Source: Prorocentrum cordatum (taxonomy: Eukaryota). From it: a stretch of DNA of 64,000 bases. Of the stretch, positions 24,631 through 38,160 are shown piece after piece (position 1 is the stretch's first letter; each line of letters opens with the position of its first letter). The stretch is taken from positions 558,001 through 622,000 of the forward strand of contig CAUYUJ010000002.1 in NCBI GenBank assembly GCA_963575745.1, in the 5' to 3' direction. Position numbers and translations under genes: made by a program. Under the pieces are notes generated by a model. That model ran no database searches. It saw only the letters and a list, made by a program, of their open reading frames with translations, and was not told where the DNA came from.

Positions 24631-26471
24631 TTTATGCATTGACGTGCGTGAACAATTATGCATACCGTCGCCGCCGTCGCTGCCATCGCCGCCGTCGTCG
24701 CCGCTAAGAACGGCGGCGACGAAGACGACGCGCGTCCCTCCGACGCGCTCTCCCCGCCGCGATCAGCGGTCATGGCGGAACGGCCTGGGGGGGCGCGCAC
24801 TGACCTCCCCCCCAGGCTCTGGGGCGCCCCCCCGCCGCGAGAAAGTGGCCACGGGGCGGGCGCCGTGGCGGGGCGCGCGCCGATCACTTCCCTAGGCTCT
24901 GGAGCGCCCCTTCCGCAGCGGGAAAGCGGTCGCGGGGGATCGCCCCGGCGGGGCGCGTTCTAACCACCTCCTTGAGGTCTGGGGCGCCCCCCCCGCCGCG
25001 AGACGGCGGTCGTGGGGGGGGCGCCCTAGGAAGCGAGCTTTCGACCCCTCCCGCGAACGCATCGCCCTCCTCGCCTTCATCATCTTCCTCCACCTCCTCC
25101 TCTCTTCCATTCACGTTCGGCTCAAGCCCGCGCCGACGGGCAGACTCGCGCGGCTGGCGGGTTCGCGCCTGCCTCCGCGGCCGGCGACCGGGGCAGACAA
25201 GCGCGCGGGGTGGGATTGCAATTCCGCGAGGAGCAGAGGTCGAGGGTGTGGTTACGCCAGGGCGTGGGCGCTTCGGGGGGCGCCACGTTGCCCTCGTCGG
25301 GCCTCGAGGTCCTCGCCCGCCACCCAGGTGCGCGCTGCAGACCACACCCTTTCCAAGCCACACCCCTCAGAGCCGCCGAGAGGTGGATGCCATGGCCACG
25401 GCCGAGGCTCAGGGGGTCTGGGTCTCGAGAGCGCTCTCGGCGGCCTTCCGGCCTCGTGGTGCTCTCCAGCGGTCACGCCTCGCAGAGAGCGCTCCGGGGG
25501 TGCCCAGATCGTCCCGAGCGGCTGCTGGAGGCCCGAGTCATGGCCCGAAAGCCGTCAGGGGGCAAAGGGGGGGATATCACGGCCGGGGCGATGGCCCCCT
25601 TTCTTTTTCTGTGCGTCTCTGGGACGCCCCCCCCCCCCCCGCGTGCGCGCCTGCAACCATGATCTGCAACCCCTCTTCTTGGACACGCCCTCCTTGCACG
25701 CCCCCGATCCCGAGGACGGGAAGGACGACGACGTCCTCAGCATATGACAGGCGCGTCCCTGCCGCTGCGGGGCACTGGGGAGTGAGGGAAACGATGGGGG
25801 ACGGCTGACGAGGAGAACGGAAAGGAGGACGGAGGACAGAGGAGGAGGGAGGAGGCGGGAGGGAGGATGGAGGATGGAGGGTGAGGGAGGAGGAGGAGGA
25901 GGCGGAGGGAGGAGAGAGGAGCGAGGAGGATGGAGGAGGAGGAGGAGGTGAGAAGGAGACGCAGGGAAGGAGACGCAGGTGGAGGACGGTGAGTAGAAGG
26001 AGGGCAGTGTGGTTCTCGTGTCTCCAGGTGTTCCGCACTGTTCCTCATTCTCCTTCTCCACCCGCCACTCGTGCTCCCTTGTCCTCCCACGCGTCCCTCT
26101 CTCAAGCCTCGTCGTTTATCCTTCCTCCGTTCTCGTCCCTCGTTCTCGCGTCCTTCCTTCTCGTCCCGCCTCGTCCTCTCGTCTCTAACCCGTTCTCAAC
26201 CAGATCAGGGGCCAGATCTTCGTTCTGGGAGGAGCATTGGTCGCGCGGCCTCCCTTCTCTTCCGATGCGCTGCCAACTGCGCATTGACGCCCATTCCGTG
26301 GCCTCCCGTGCGACGTTACACGAACACCGAAACAGAGCATCACGACTCTCTGGGGGGGGGCCTTGTCGCCTGCGCAACTGGCGCCGCGCTCGTTCGTGGG
26401 GTCGTCGGAGGCCCGACGGAGCGACATCGTACACGCACACCCGGACGAGACCTCGCAGCTTCCTGCTGGGG

Positions 26472-26617
26472 GCTCAAGGGACGGGGGTCAGTGCAAACGG
26501 GGGGCAGCCAGAGCGCTGGAGCTTGCAGGATCCTGCAGAGCGAGGGGTGTTTGGGTGCAGGATCTTGCAGGATCCTGCAAAGCCTGACTGGCCCGGGTTT
26601 GGATTGACCCGGGTCAG
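26472..26617. repeat. Dispersed repeat family D; other copies ~35833-36036 and ~56285-56512
   Basis: Shared gacgggggtc..gcaaacggggg.cagccag, palindromic GCAGGATCCTGC and TGACCCGGGTCA-like motifs. Confidence 0.8.
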
Positions 26618-29379
26618 TAGATTCCCGATCCTGGGGGGTACCATCCTCTCTGGGCGGCCTGGCGGAGCGACGTCATGCGCGCACCCAAATGAAACCTCGC
26701 GACTCCATGGGGGCAGTCAGTTGCGCAACGGTCGCCTCTTTTGCGAGGTCCCAGGCGGCCGGGTGGAGCGACGTCTTACGCACACCCAACCGAGTCTTCG
26801 CGACGCCTTGGGGGCTGATTACTCCTGCTCAACAGTCGCCCTACTCTTGTGCATCCACTTGGCCAAACACTCGTAACTTCAAGCCCAAACCGTGCACACT
26901 CAACTGTTCTGGGACTCTACGTAACGCGTTGCTCTGTCAAATCGTGCATGGCTACGTATGTCTGTCCCATAACGACGATGTAGCGCGCGGCGCTGCTTAT
27001 TCTCCTTCTATGTTTACCTCCCCGTATACTCCCACCTCGCATTGTTCCCGTCATCCTGTTCCTTGATCTGCTCATCGTCGTCCTCCTCCCTGCGATCTGA
27101 GCAGCGAGAGTGCGTACGTGAATGGAGAGAACGTTGGGTGTGGCCACTTGTTCTTTGAGTGGTACTTACTGCGTGTTCCTCAGTGTGCTGTTTTGTCTTG
27201 GGTGGTCTTGATTATCATCGCTCCTGCCTGGGAAGGGTTGGGCTATGGCCTGGGTAATGTCCCCCTCCTCCTCGTCCCTCCCTCCTTGCCCGCAGCGCAA
27301 CACCCAGTCTGCCCAGGGCCCGTCCTGGCAGAACACGGGAGTGAGCGTGCACGGCGACAGCTCCTCTTAGAGTACCTTCGGAAATCACGTCTAGGGCACA
27401 CAGGAATAACACTCCTGGGGTCACTCAGTCCTGGAATCTTGGAGTCCTCCCTTGCGCCCGTGTGCGCGCCGCCAAACGTTTCTTCATTCCCCCCCGCCTT
27501 TCCTGCTCCCTGCTCCATCCTGCCCGGTCCCTCCGTCCCCCCTCCGACCTGCTCGTTCCTCCCTCCGTTGTGTTTCCCTCCTCGCTCCTGCCCCCGTCTT
27601 CCTCCCTTCTGCTGCCCTCCCTCCGCATTCTTCCCATCTTACCTCCTGGTTTCCACATCCTCCCTCTGTATGTGATCTTCCCTCCTGGTGTCTCATTCCT
27701 TCCTGTGTGTGTGTCTTCCTCCCACCTCCGTCGTACTCCCACTGCTTGCCCACTGTCCATTTGCTCCCCGCGTAAAATTTCGGAGCTCCGCGCGGGTTTC
27801 TTGGATCGTCGTTGGACTCTCCTCCTTGGCGCGCGGAGCGCGCCAGGGGCGGTGCGGAGGCGTCGCCAGGGGGGTCCAGTGCCAGTCCAAGAAATCCGCG
27901 CGAAGATCCAATTGTGTTTTTATAATTGCGGCGTTCTTTGTTCCTTTATTCACTCCCCCAAGTGTTTCTCCGTCCTCCCTCCTATCCCTTTGGAGGGCCG
28001 TGCAAGACTTCTGATCTTCGTATGCAGCGTGCTCTCAGAGGTGGGCGAGCGGTATGAACGATCGTCAGGTGTTGTGTCCGCGGCCGATGTGTACAATGAG
28101 TCGTCATATTTGTTGGAACATGTTGACGCCCACATTGTCGGCCGAGCATCGGCCACGTTCGCGGAACAGACCCCAGGTGTATGCGCGTATCTGTCGCCAT
28201 TATGGGCCCAAGTGGCCAAGATTTGAAGTGTGAATATTTGGGAACACGTGGCTGGGAGGATTGGGCTGTGCCAGCGGACAAGCCCATTGGCAGGTCCAGC
28301 GCAAGGTTTCCCCGATGCGTGGCCGTAACAGAAGGCCAGGGCTATACAGATGTGTTTCTTCCCCGTGTGTACATTCCACCTCGGCCGCTGGTAGTTCGGT
28401 TGTAGTGTAGAACGTTGACCTCACGGAAGTCTTCTCCAGTCGAGCCATTATTCATTGGACATTGTTTTGTGCGATGGTTTTGCCCCATACTTCAGGGGGG
28501 CACTGACAGCATTGATCCGGCCCGTGAAGCACATCCAGTGGCAAGCAGTTCAAGAAAGTCCGTTAGCAGGCACATTCTCCATCACTTCCCTGTCGGTCGC
28601 CCCTCGCTGCCTTGATTTGGTGTGGGTACCCAAGCATCACGTAGCGCGAGCTCGGTGCTCTATACCTTGCCCCGGCCCCAGCGTCGGAGTGGCCTGTGAA
28701 GGCATCGATTTGGCGAGCGGAAGTGACGGGCAGATGTGCCCAGTCCACCTGCCGCTCTCGACGAACGTCGTGTTGACGCCATCTTGCGCTGCTGTTCCTC
28801 GCCCACCAAACAGGTAACCCCAACCCAACCCGAAGGCCTCGATTTGCCCTCCATGTCCAGTGGTGGGGTCGGGGAACAGTTGGAAAACACATATGACGCC
28901 CGTACCCCCCCAACCCGAAACTCGGGTCGTCGAGTTCGGTTAGGGCTGGTCTGGTAGGTAGTCGGTTGTAGCTTAGAACCCCTGAGGCAGCAACCTACGC
29001 GCGTGGCTCGCACTCAGCGATCGATCGATCGTCCGCCCGCCCCCTCGGTCCCTGTCGCCATGGTCCTCCCATGGTCCCCCGCACCTGCTCGCTCGTGCGC
29101 GCGCCGCGCGCACCCACGTGCCCACGGCCAGCGCGTGCTTGCCCACACTCGCGCACACAAATGGTGAAGACCGCTCTCTGCATGGCGACCAGCCGCCTGA
29201 GGACGTCTGTGGCAAACTGATTTCATTCAGACCTTCCCGCGGTCCCTTTCGCCATGGTCCTCCCGCGGCGCAGCTGCGGCCTCAGGGGCCGCGGGCCGGC
29301 CAGCCGCCCGCACGGCCGAGCAAGGACGGAGGCCAGAGGCACCGAGGCCACTGTCGCTGGACGCCTCGTCTCACCAGGC

Positions 29380-30170
29380 GCCTCCTCCTCCTCATCCTGC
29401 TCCTCCTCCTCCCCCTTCTCGTCGTCCTCCTCCTCCTCCTCCTCTCCTCCTCCTCCTCCTCCTCCTCTCCCCCTCCTCCTCCTCCTCCTCCTCCTCCTCT
29501 TTCTCCTCCTCCTCCCCCTCTTCCTCCTCCTCCTCCTCCTCGTCCTCCTCCTCCTCGTCCTCCTCCTCCTCCTCCTCCTCCTCCTCCTCCTCCTCTACTG
29601 CTCGCAAAGTGCCTTCTCGCAAACGTCCGAAACACACACACACATGCTCGCATGCGATGCAGGGATTGCAGATCCCTCGCGGCGGAGCCAGGCCATTTTC
29701 GAGCAGTCACGTTGCGAGTCGTGGAGCGCGCCTGCCTGTCTGGCATCTACCTGTCGTCGGGGTCCAGGCTGTCATCCAGAGCACAGACCCCCCCGCGGCC
29801 CAGGCGTGCAGGCGGCCCGCGGCGCTGGCGCGCGCACTCCAGCGCAGTTCGGACGCAGGCAGGCGGTCGGGGCCGTGCAGCCTAGCGGCGCGCGCGACCC
29901 AGAGGGCCTCCCGAGACAGCCCGGGTGTGCAGCAACGGGGGGGGGGCGATTGGTCGGGCGGGCCGCGAGGAGGAGCGAGGACGGGGAGGGGGCCATTGGC
30001 GGGATGTGGAGGAGGAGGAGGAGGAGGAGGAGGAGGAGGAGGAGGAGGAGGACGAGGAGGAGGAGGAGGAGGAGGAGAAGGAGGAGATGGAGGAGGAGGA
30101 GGAGGAGGAGGAGGAGGAGGAGGAGGAGCAGATGGAGGAGGAGGAGGAGGAGGAGGAGATGGAGGAGGAG
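29380..30170. repeat. (TCC)n tract (29380-29595) and complementary (GGA)n tract (30008-30170)
   Basis: Direct reading. Confidence 0.9.
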
Positions 30171-30646
30171 AGCTAGCGCAAACCCAAGGCACAACGACGA
30201 TGTTGTCATGAACCCTCCCTCCAAGGTCCTCCTGCACAGGCCCCTACAACAAGTATGCTCATTGCGGGCAGTGCCCCATTTGAAGGCAACCGTCTGAGGA
30301 TCTTCAAGCGTCCCAGAACACAAGTCTTGGGATTCCAGCACCGCGAGTCAACATGACGGTTGCGTCCCGATAATCTAAAATCGTGGGGTTTCAGCACATC
30401 ATATTAACGTGCAAGTTGCGTTCTGACAATCCAAACTCGCGCCAGAAAGCCATGTCTGGACTTCAGCCATGCGAACCCTTGAACCACTGCAAACTTTAAA
30501 GCGAATGTGCGCGGCGCTAAGGCGAGAGCAACATCTGAAAAATAAATCGCTTTCCAACCGTGAGCCCCGTGCCGATGCTTTCCATCATGTGGTTGTGCGT
30601 GGACGTTGCCCGCCCTTGCGCCAGGGACGCGGTGCCGTAGCGTTAA

Positions 30647-30800
30647 GTCGGGCATATCCCTCTACAGGGGGAGTATTCAAAGATAGTATGACAATGGTAT
30701 GAGGACGTTCTTTTTACTACGTGTGACCATTCCGGGGTATCTGTTTGAGTTGTTTTATGATTGTTCGTCCAGAGTCCGCCTGCAGGAGGGCACGCACGAC
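30647..30800. mobile_element. MITE family A, copy 5
   Basis: GTCGGGCATATCCCTCTACAGG ... CCTGCAGGAGGGCACGCACGAC. TTA lies one base outside both ends. Confidence 0.75.
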
Positions 30801-30805
30801 TTTAC

Positions 30806-30984
30806 CGTAGCGAGATGGGTCGTCCTCGACTCGGCCTGAGCATAAGCGGCAGCTGGGGCCGCAGGCGCCCTGCAGCTCCGTGCTGATGCCTGGGCGTCTT
30901 GGACCAGTGGTGTACACGGGCAAGGGGCCGTCCTCGAAGCAGCCCATGCCCGAGGGGCAGTCGGGGTCGTAGACGATCTGCAGC
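30806..30984 (-). CDS. Probable exon of a Cys-rich protein (LQIVYDPDCPSGMGCFEDGPLPVYTTG...GACGPSCRLCSG)
   Basis: GC3-rich codons with a spaced Cys pattern. AG acceptors before 30984 or 30977. Possible donors after 30806 (GT) or 30780 (GC). Boundaries are uncertain. Confidence 0.5.
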
Positions 30985-32579
30985 CTCTCCGGATGCTTGC
31001 AACCTCGTAGCCATTGCACATGACGAACGAGCAGCACACATCCACACGGTCGGACCGAGGTATAAGATCGAGGTTGGTTCGGGGAGGGTACCCTCATATT
31101 CTTCGTGTCTGTTGGGTGCTCGTGCGCCTGTGGAGGCTACCGCTGGATGTTCTTCGTGTATTGGCCGGTGGAGGGTCCCAGGTTCTTGAAGAATGTTTTT
31201 CTGTCGTACAAGTCTCGTCAACAATTAACTGAAATGCCGTTCAAAATCGAAGCGCCCGCTAGTTCGGGCACTTGTCAGAAAACGCGTTCTTCAATGCTGC
31301 GAGGGCGCTGCCAGATTTCGGACACCCCTGCGAGCGGGCCAAACGCCTCACCGACTGAACCCATAGGGGGGACGGAGGGGGCTGTGGGTGCGTGTCGTCG
31401 GATGGTCCCCGGTCGAAGTGGAGCGTCCCCGGGGGTCCGACAACCCGCACCCATCTTTTTTTGCCAGTCCCCCTCCCTCCGAGGTCTCTATGGCTATGTG
31501 TGTGTGTGTTGTGTCCGTCAGGGCTGGGCTGGACCTAAGCGTTGTTTTGCTGGATTTCGGATGTGTCATGTTTCTCCTTTCGGCAGGGAGGTACAGGAAA
31601 ACAGGTAGAGCAACACGAACAGCAAAACGTACACAACACGAGAAGCAACGTCTAGGTCCAGCCTTGGTCTCTATGGCTGTGTGTGTGTTGTCCGTTCGTC
31701 TGCACACGCCTCGGGGGACCGAGGCCGCAGTGGCGGGGCGGTCCCGGGCGAGGCGCCGCCACCCGAACGGGGCGGCCGGCTGGGCCCAGGGGCCGAGAGA
31801 TGGGACTGCACGGCGGAAATTCGAGACGCCTCGCGTATCCCTCCCAGTGCCTGCGGACCCTGGCAGTCGGTCACCCTGGCAGTCAGCACCTACAGCTCGT
31901 TGCACGGTTGCACCGCCGGGCAGTGTTGCAGCCCCGCCTCCTCTTCGGCGACTTCCTGGTCCCGTTCTGAGTGTCGGTGCTAGGCCTGCTTCTGCTTGGT
32001 TAATTAGCCCCTCGCGCGGCCCGCCCGGACTTTGACTCGCCGCTGTTGCGCTCTCGCTCGCGGTTGCCGAACAAAAATCCCCACCAGCCGCTTGCCTTTC
32101 TTCTCCTGCTGCCTAGTCGCGGCCCGACTAGTGTTCGGACGGCTTTCGACCCGCTTCGCGAGCCTGTAGACCAAAAGTATCCCCACCAGCCGTTCGGCAA
32201 GGTTCCCTGGGGCACCGGGCTTCCCACATTCGTCACCACCTTCCTGGGTTAGTGTGGCGCTCGAGCCGTCCTTCGTCGCTATCGGGTTCACTTGCGTCGG
32301 CATCCCGCCCGGCACCTACCTCGTGTTCTTGGTGCTGCTCTGCGTTGCTGTCGCGCCATTTTGGCCGCCTGTGTTCCACCCCTCGCCCGGCGTTGCTCGT
32401 CGCCCTGTTTTCCGCTGCTGGTGGCATTTCCTGCCCCTGCTCGCCTGGCGTTCGACCCGATTCGCGCGCCCGCGTGCCACAAAATACCCCCACCAGCCCA
32501 TCCAGAAACGATGTTTAGGCGAGTCGATGCGACAGGGAAGTGCGGGAGCTAATACGGGGACGGTCGAACCGTGTGCAGG

Positions 32580-33400
32580 GGGGAGGAGGATAATGAGGAG
32601 GCTGGATGGATGGATGAGGGAGTGGGGGGAAGGATGATGAATAGGAGGATGATGATGACGATGATGATGATGACGACGATGATGATGATGCTGGTGATGA
32701 TTATGGTGATGATGATGGTGATGATGATGTTGACGCTCATGTTGCTGCTGATGCTGATGATGATGAGGAGGAGGCGAAGGAGGAGGCGGAAACGGAGGAG
32801 GAGGAGGATGAGGAGGAGGAGGGGGAGTAGAAGAAGTAAGAAGAGGAAGGGGAAGCAGGTGGAGGAGGGCAAGCACAAGGGCCAGAGGTCTCTTGGATAC
32901 CTCTCGGAGCCTCTTGAGTTTTTTTTCGTTTTTTTTGGGTGGCCTCTTGGGACGTGTTGGGTTTTGTTTGGCGGTCTTGGGGGGCGTCTTGGGCGTCTTG
33001 GGTGCCTTGGGGGGGCCTCTTGGGGCCGCTTGGGGTTCTCTTGGGTGCCTCCTGTGGGCCTCTTGGGGGCTTCTTGGGGCCTCTTGGGGCCCTCCCGGGG
33101 CGCTCTTGGAAGCTTTAGGGCGCTCTTGGGGCCATTCAGGAGGAGATCGATCAAAGAAGAGGGGAGTTGTTCTTTGGCGTTCCCCCCCAAGAGGCCCAAA
33201 TGGGGCCAAAACCTTGGTAAAACCAATGGTTTTCGTTTCCTCGCCAAGGCCGTTTTGGGCGCCCTAACTACCCGCGGCCGGCCCCGTCCATGTCCACGGG
33301 AGGGGGTAGGGGGAGGGGCAAGGCCCCTCCCCGAAGGGGGAGAAGGGGGTTGGAAGAGGAACCGCCCTAGACCACCTACGCCCAGGGGGCTGGTGGGATT
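32580..33400. repeat. (GAT)/(GAG) tract followed by degenerate CTCTTGGGG-type repeats; similar blocks at ~40530-41050 and ~55515-55680
   Basis: Recurrent tcttggg and gcctcttgg units. Confidence 0.7.
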
Positions 33401-33903
33401 CGGCGGCGAGCCTTGGGGGGGGGAGAGAGGGAAGGAGGAGGCATTCTCAGAAGGCGGCTGGGTTCCTCAGAAGCCCTCGCGCCTTCCGAGAAGTGTTTTG
33501 CGTCTTCGGGGAAGGCTCAGAACTCTTCTCAGAGTGCTCCGAGGCTTCCGAGCCTTCTGAGAAGGTCCGCCCCTTCTCACTTCCCGCCCTCGCTCGCCGC
33601 CAAGATCAGGGAGGAGGAAACGGTCGAAGGGTGGTGCGGGGAACCCGCAGCGAGGAGCTAGGAACGAGGAGCGAGCGAGGAGCGAACGAGGGGGGCGAGC
33701 GAAGAGGGGCGTGCACGAGGGAGGCTGGTGGATAGAGCAGGAGGGGAGGAGTCCAAAGTGTAGCGCGCTTGCGCTCTGTCAGCTGCTTCCCCCCCCTGTT
33801 GCCCTCACCCCGGACAGCGCGGCCTCCGACCAGCGTAGGTGAGTCGCCTCGGGGATCGTTGTCGAGCCTTGATCTTCCGTGACACTGCGACATTATTATC
33901 GGG

Positions 33904-34069
33904 GGTGGACAGAACCCCCACCCTGACACGTCGATTAGTGAATTGTCCGTTTTCGGTTCTCGAGAGGGCGCCGCAGCCATCATTTTCCAGGCTTGCGCCC
34001 GCCAGGTTTGGGCCCGAGGTCGGTGTTTATTAAACCACGTTTTGCTAAAGGGGGCATTGTCCATCCCCG
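33904..34069. repeat. Dispersed repeat family F; second copy ~52840-53004
   Basis: ggacagaaccccc...tgacacgtcgattagtgaattgtccgttttcgg...ttttccaggcttgcgcccgccaggtttgggcc...taaaccacgttttgcta is shared. Confidence 0.88.
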
Positions 34070-37000
34070 GTATGATGGCCTTCCAGTTGTTATCATCTCC
34101 TTCCTTACTCCTCCACCTCCACCTTGATCCCTCCCTGCCTCTCCGTCCACTCTTCGCCAGCGCAGATTATTTTGAGGGCGCGGCATGTGACGAAGAAATG
34201 GTAAAGCGCCGTTCGGGGCCTGCGTGACAGGGCCCGCAGTTAGCGGTCGAGTGTTGCCATGTTTTCTCGCTGTTCTGTACGCGAGTGTGTCGTCAGATTC
34301 TAGTTGCGCTACCTGATCCTTTTTGACTTTTTCACGCTGCGCAAGCTTAAGGCGGCAGCTACCTTCTCCTCCTCCTCCTCTTCTTCCTGATCCTAATCCT
34401 CATCCTCGTCCTCCCCCTCCTCCTACCTCTTCTACCTCCTTCCTCTACCTCCCTCCTGCCTCCTCCTCCCTCCTGCCTTCTCTTCCTCTTCCTCCCTCTC
34501 AACCTCCACTCCTCTCATGCCTCTCTTCCTCTCCTGCCTCTTCCTCCCTTTCTTCCTGCCTCTCCTCCCTCCTCCCCCTCCTAACCTATCCACTTCTCTG
34601 TTCTCCTGACCGTCATTCCTACACCCTCCTGACCTTCCTTCCCTCCCTACTTGCCTCACTCATCCTCCTCGTCGTCATGATCTTCCCTTCTTAGCGTTCA
34701 CAGCAATCCTCATCGCGAACGCCTTACGGCCAGTGCCGTCGACCCTGAAGGACGACGACGACGGCGGCGACGACGACGTCGTCGCACGACGAAACACATC
34801 AAAATACTCTGCGAGATCACCTTCAACCACGGCATCAACCACGGCATACACTCCCACCCTGAGGGTGTTGCTCTCCTCTCCGCCCTGGCAGCGTCCCGCT
34901 GGTCGCCCGTCCCTCCCGCGTGATTCTTCTTCGGGCGCCCGACTCCACTCGGCGGCCCCTCCTCGGGGGGAAGCCGGAGCGGGCAGGCCCTCTTAGAAGG
35001 CGGCGGGGCTACGGAGGCTCCAGCCTGCCCAAGTTAGAGCACGGGAGACACCAAAAGGCCCCCACGAGGCCCCCAAGGTGACCTTCAAGAGGCTCAAATC
35101 GTGCCATTCCCAAAGGAAAATGTACATTTTGACCGAATGCCCCGTGTCGGTTTCCTCCGCGCCCGAGACGGTCCAAGAGGTCCGAGAAGGCCTGAGGCTG
35201 TCTTCGTGTAGGGGACCGACTACATAATCGACTTGCCCCAGGTCCGTCGGTTTCGGTCCCAGGCCTTTTCACTAAAGGGTGGTGTACTAAAGGGAGGTTT
35301 GTCCACCGCCGATTGTTTCGCCGAACCCAGGACACATATTACGTGCTGTTGTAGATTCGACGAACATGTCAATTCCTTGAATAAGGAACAATTGCCTTTC
35401 AAAAGGGGCTCGGTCTTTCGTTTGTGCGCTCCGCTACCTTTTTGGCGGCGAGCCCCCCTGGTGTTCCTTAGGACTTCCTGGACTTACTTTGCAAAACAAC
35501 TGCTTCGTTCCTTACTTGTCGTTCCTTATGTCAGGCCGAGTGCCCTTCTCGATGTCTGGGTCTTCCCCCGCTGCCTTCCGCCTGGGCGCGCCACCGATTC
35601 CCGAGCTGCCTGCCACCGACGCGTCAGTTGCTGGTGCTCCCTCTGCGCCGGTGGCCGCGCTTCCCGAGCGGTTCGGGGCTCAAGAGTCAGAGGCGACGAC
35701 AGGGGCGAATAGCCCAGAGGAGAGCAACATGTATCCAGGGGCGCCGATGATCCGTGTCTTCGACAAGGCTCCCGGGCGAATAGGTGTAATGCCCGCCCCT
35801 GGGCTATTCGCCCGTCTCGTCGTTGCCGAAAGAGACGGGGGTCGATGCAAACGGGGGTCAGCCAGAGCGCCCGATCTTTCAGGATCCTGCAGGGCCAGGG
35901 GCGCACTGACCCGGGATTGGGTGCAGGATTTTGCAGGATCCGTCGCATTGACCTGGGCGTGGGCGCAGGATCTTGCAGGATCTTGCAGGATTCTGCAAGG
36001 CCTGACTGACCCGGGTCTGGATTGACCTGGGTCAGAAGGACTCCGATCGGGGCCCCGTATTCGGGATGGCGATGGCACCACCGCGAAGGCCACATTTCTG
36101 GATTTGCGTCCTTCCTCGTCATCGCCGTCCCCCTCTCTTCGCCCCTGTACCTGCTGCTGTTCCGCCTCCTCCGCTCCACTGTACAAAAAGGACCCTCGCT
36201 GATTACACAGCCAACGACGGGGCAAGGCTGGCGACTGTCATTTGGAGACGACGGTCTTCTGAGACGCCCCACTCGGCGGACTCAGGAGCACACAGCGCAA
36301 TGAGGAGGGATGGCCGGGAGGGGCAGGATGTCAGATGTGGTGCAAGCGCACTTGGCTTGCCTCCCCCTCGTTCCCCTCTCCCCCTGTTTCCCTCATCCTG
36401 TCTCCCTCCTCCGTTGCCTCTTCATCCTTCTCTTCTCAACTCCGTCATCGTGTGCGCGTCTCCCTCCTCCCTCTTCCTTGCTTCCTCCTCTTCTCCTCTC
36501 GGCCTCTTTTCTCTTCGCTCCCATCCGCCCTCCTCCCACCTCTTCTCCCCTCGGCTTGTTTTCTCTTTGCTCCCCGTCCTCTCTACCCCGTCTGACTCTC
36601 ACGTCCATCCTCTCTCTCTCTCTCTCCCATTCCTGTTCTTATCCTCCCCTCGTCATCCTTCCTCCTCCACCAATCCGCCTCCTCCTCCTCCTCCTCCTCC
36701 TCCTCCTCCTCCTCTGTCTCCATTCTCAATTCAGTCAACAAGCACACGTTACTTTATGGACGTTGCTCTCCTCATTCCCCTGACTCTGTCCAGATGATGT
36801 CCCGCCCTCTCCGCGTTCTTTTCACACAGGAATCCAAATGTTGGTTTTCCGTGTGTGTGTGTGTTTCCCGTCCGATTCTTTTCGTTTCTTCAAAACGGTA
36901 CTCCCGCTGCAGCGATGGCCTGATTTCCGCGCTTTCGGTCCGTCCGAATTTTTGCTCCCGCTGAAGCGCTAGTCTCATGTCCGCGTTTTTGGTCCTTCCA

Positions 37001-37732
37001 AGTGGTGTTTCAGTTGGCGCGTTGGTCTCATTTCCACGTTTCGGTCCTTCCGCATGGTGCTCCCGCAGCAGCAACGGCTTCATATTCAATTTGTCGGTCC
37101 GCCCGCATGGCTTTCCGACATCACCGTTCATGTAGCCATGGTGTGCAATTCAATATTAGGTCATGTATCGCTGCTATGCGAAGCCAACTTTTTCTTCGCA
37201 GTTCACCACGCACAGTGCTTGCACTTGGGTGTTCTTACTTGGCGTGCAAGGAACTGGGCCCAGGTGTCGGTCCGGCCGGCTTGTCGCCACCGTCGCCGCC
37301 GTCCGTCGCCGCTATTTCTGCGCTTGGGTGTCGATCGCTGCGCTCGTCCGTCGCCACCGCCCGTCTGTGCCTGGGTGTCGGTCTGGCTGGCGCGTCGCCG
37401 CATGTCGCCGCCGACCGTCGCTGCCGCTTGTGGTCATCATTTTGATTGTGCGAGCCTCGTAATGCACAAAGCAATTACACCACGTAGATTCTCCTTTCCC
37501 AAAAAGAAGAGAAGAATATAGGTTCTACCACCCTCCCCCCCGGACTTAAAGACCTCCCTTTTCGTATTGCAATTTACATATGATTCTGCCCCTATCGTCC
37601 ATCCTAATTGTGAATTCATACTATCCAGCCAAACAAGTATCGATCCCCCCTCGGCTCCTTTACAACAAATTCTATGCGCGCACGCTCGTTTATCAGAAAT
37701 CATAAGTTTTCAATAATCCGTTGCAAAAAAGG

Positions 37733-38160
37733 GACGAAGTGCACACGCCCGCGTCGTCGCGCGTGCTTTGGTGTCGGGAGGATTTCAAGATCGAGTTCCC
37801 AAACAACATACAAAAAACACAGGGTTTCGCAACACTGATTTTGTATACAGCATTCGCGCGCGCTCTTGCGAAATCTTAAGAATACAGTAGGTTGTGCAAG
37901 AGTTTGAAAACATCCTACCAGCCGGGATGTTCGCGTGCGCATGCCGAAATCGTCCGAACGCCCTTGCGCGCGTACCGTCGCGAGAACCCTCTGTAACAAC
38001 TGTGACGAAGTGCACGCGCGCGCGTGCCGTCGCGCGCATGCCGAAGTCCATCAAAAACCGTCGTGTTCGGGAGGGCATAAAATCGAGTGGCCAGAAAACA
38101 TACAAAAACCCAGGGTTTCGCAACACGGATGTTCAACAAAAGCGTGCGCGCGCGCTCTTG
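37733..38160. repeat. Two diverged ~140-155-bp direct repeats
   Basis: gacgaagtgcac.cg...aacatacaaaaa...cagggtttcgcaacac at ~37733 and ~38004. Confidence 0.7.

Noticed and set aside
25105..25126. Possible second SL relic ending GGCTCAAG, with a downstream VSRALSAAFR resembling Tpt1/KptA
   Set aside because: Only ~13/22 ungapped identity, and the protein motif is too short.
27950..28900. Lower-GC unique stretch, possibly decayed coding sequence on the minus strand
   Set aside because: No motif could be assigned with confidence by eye.
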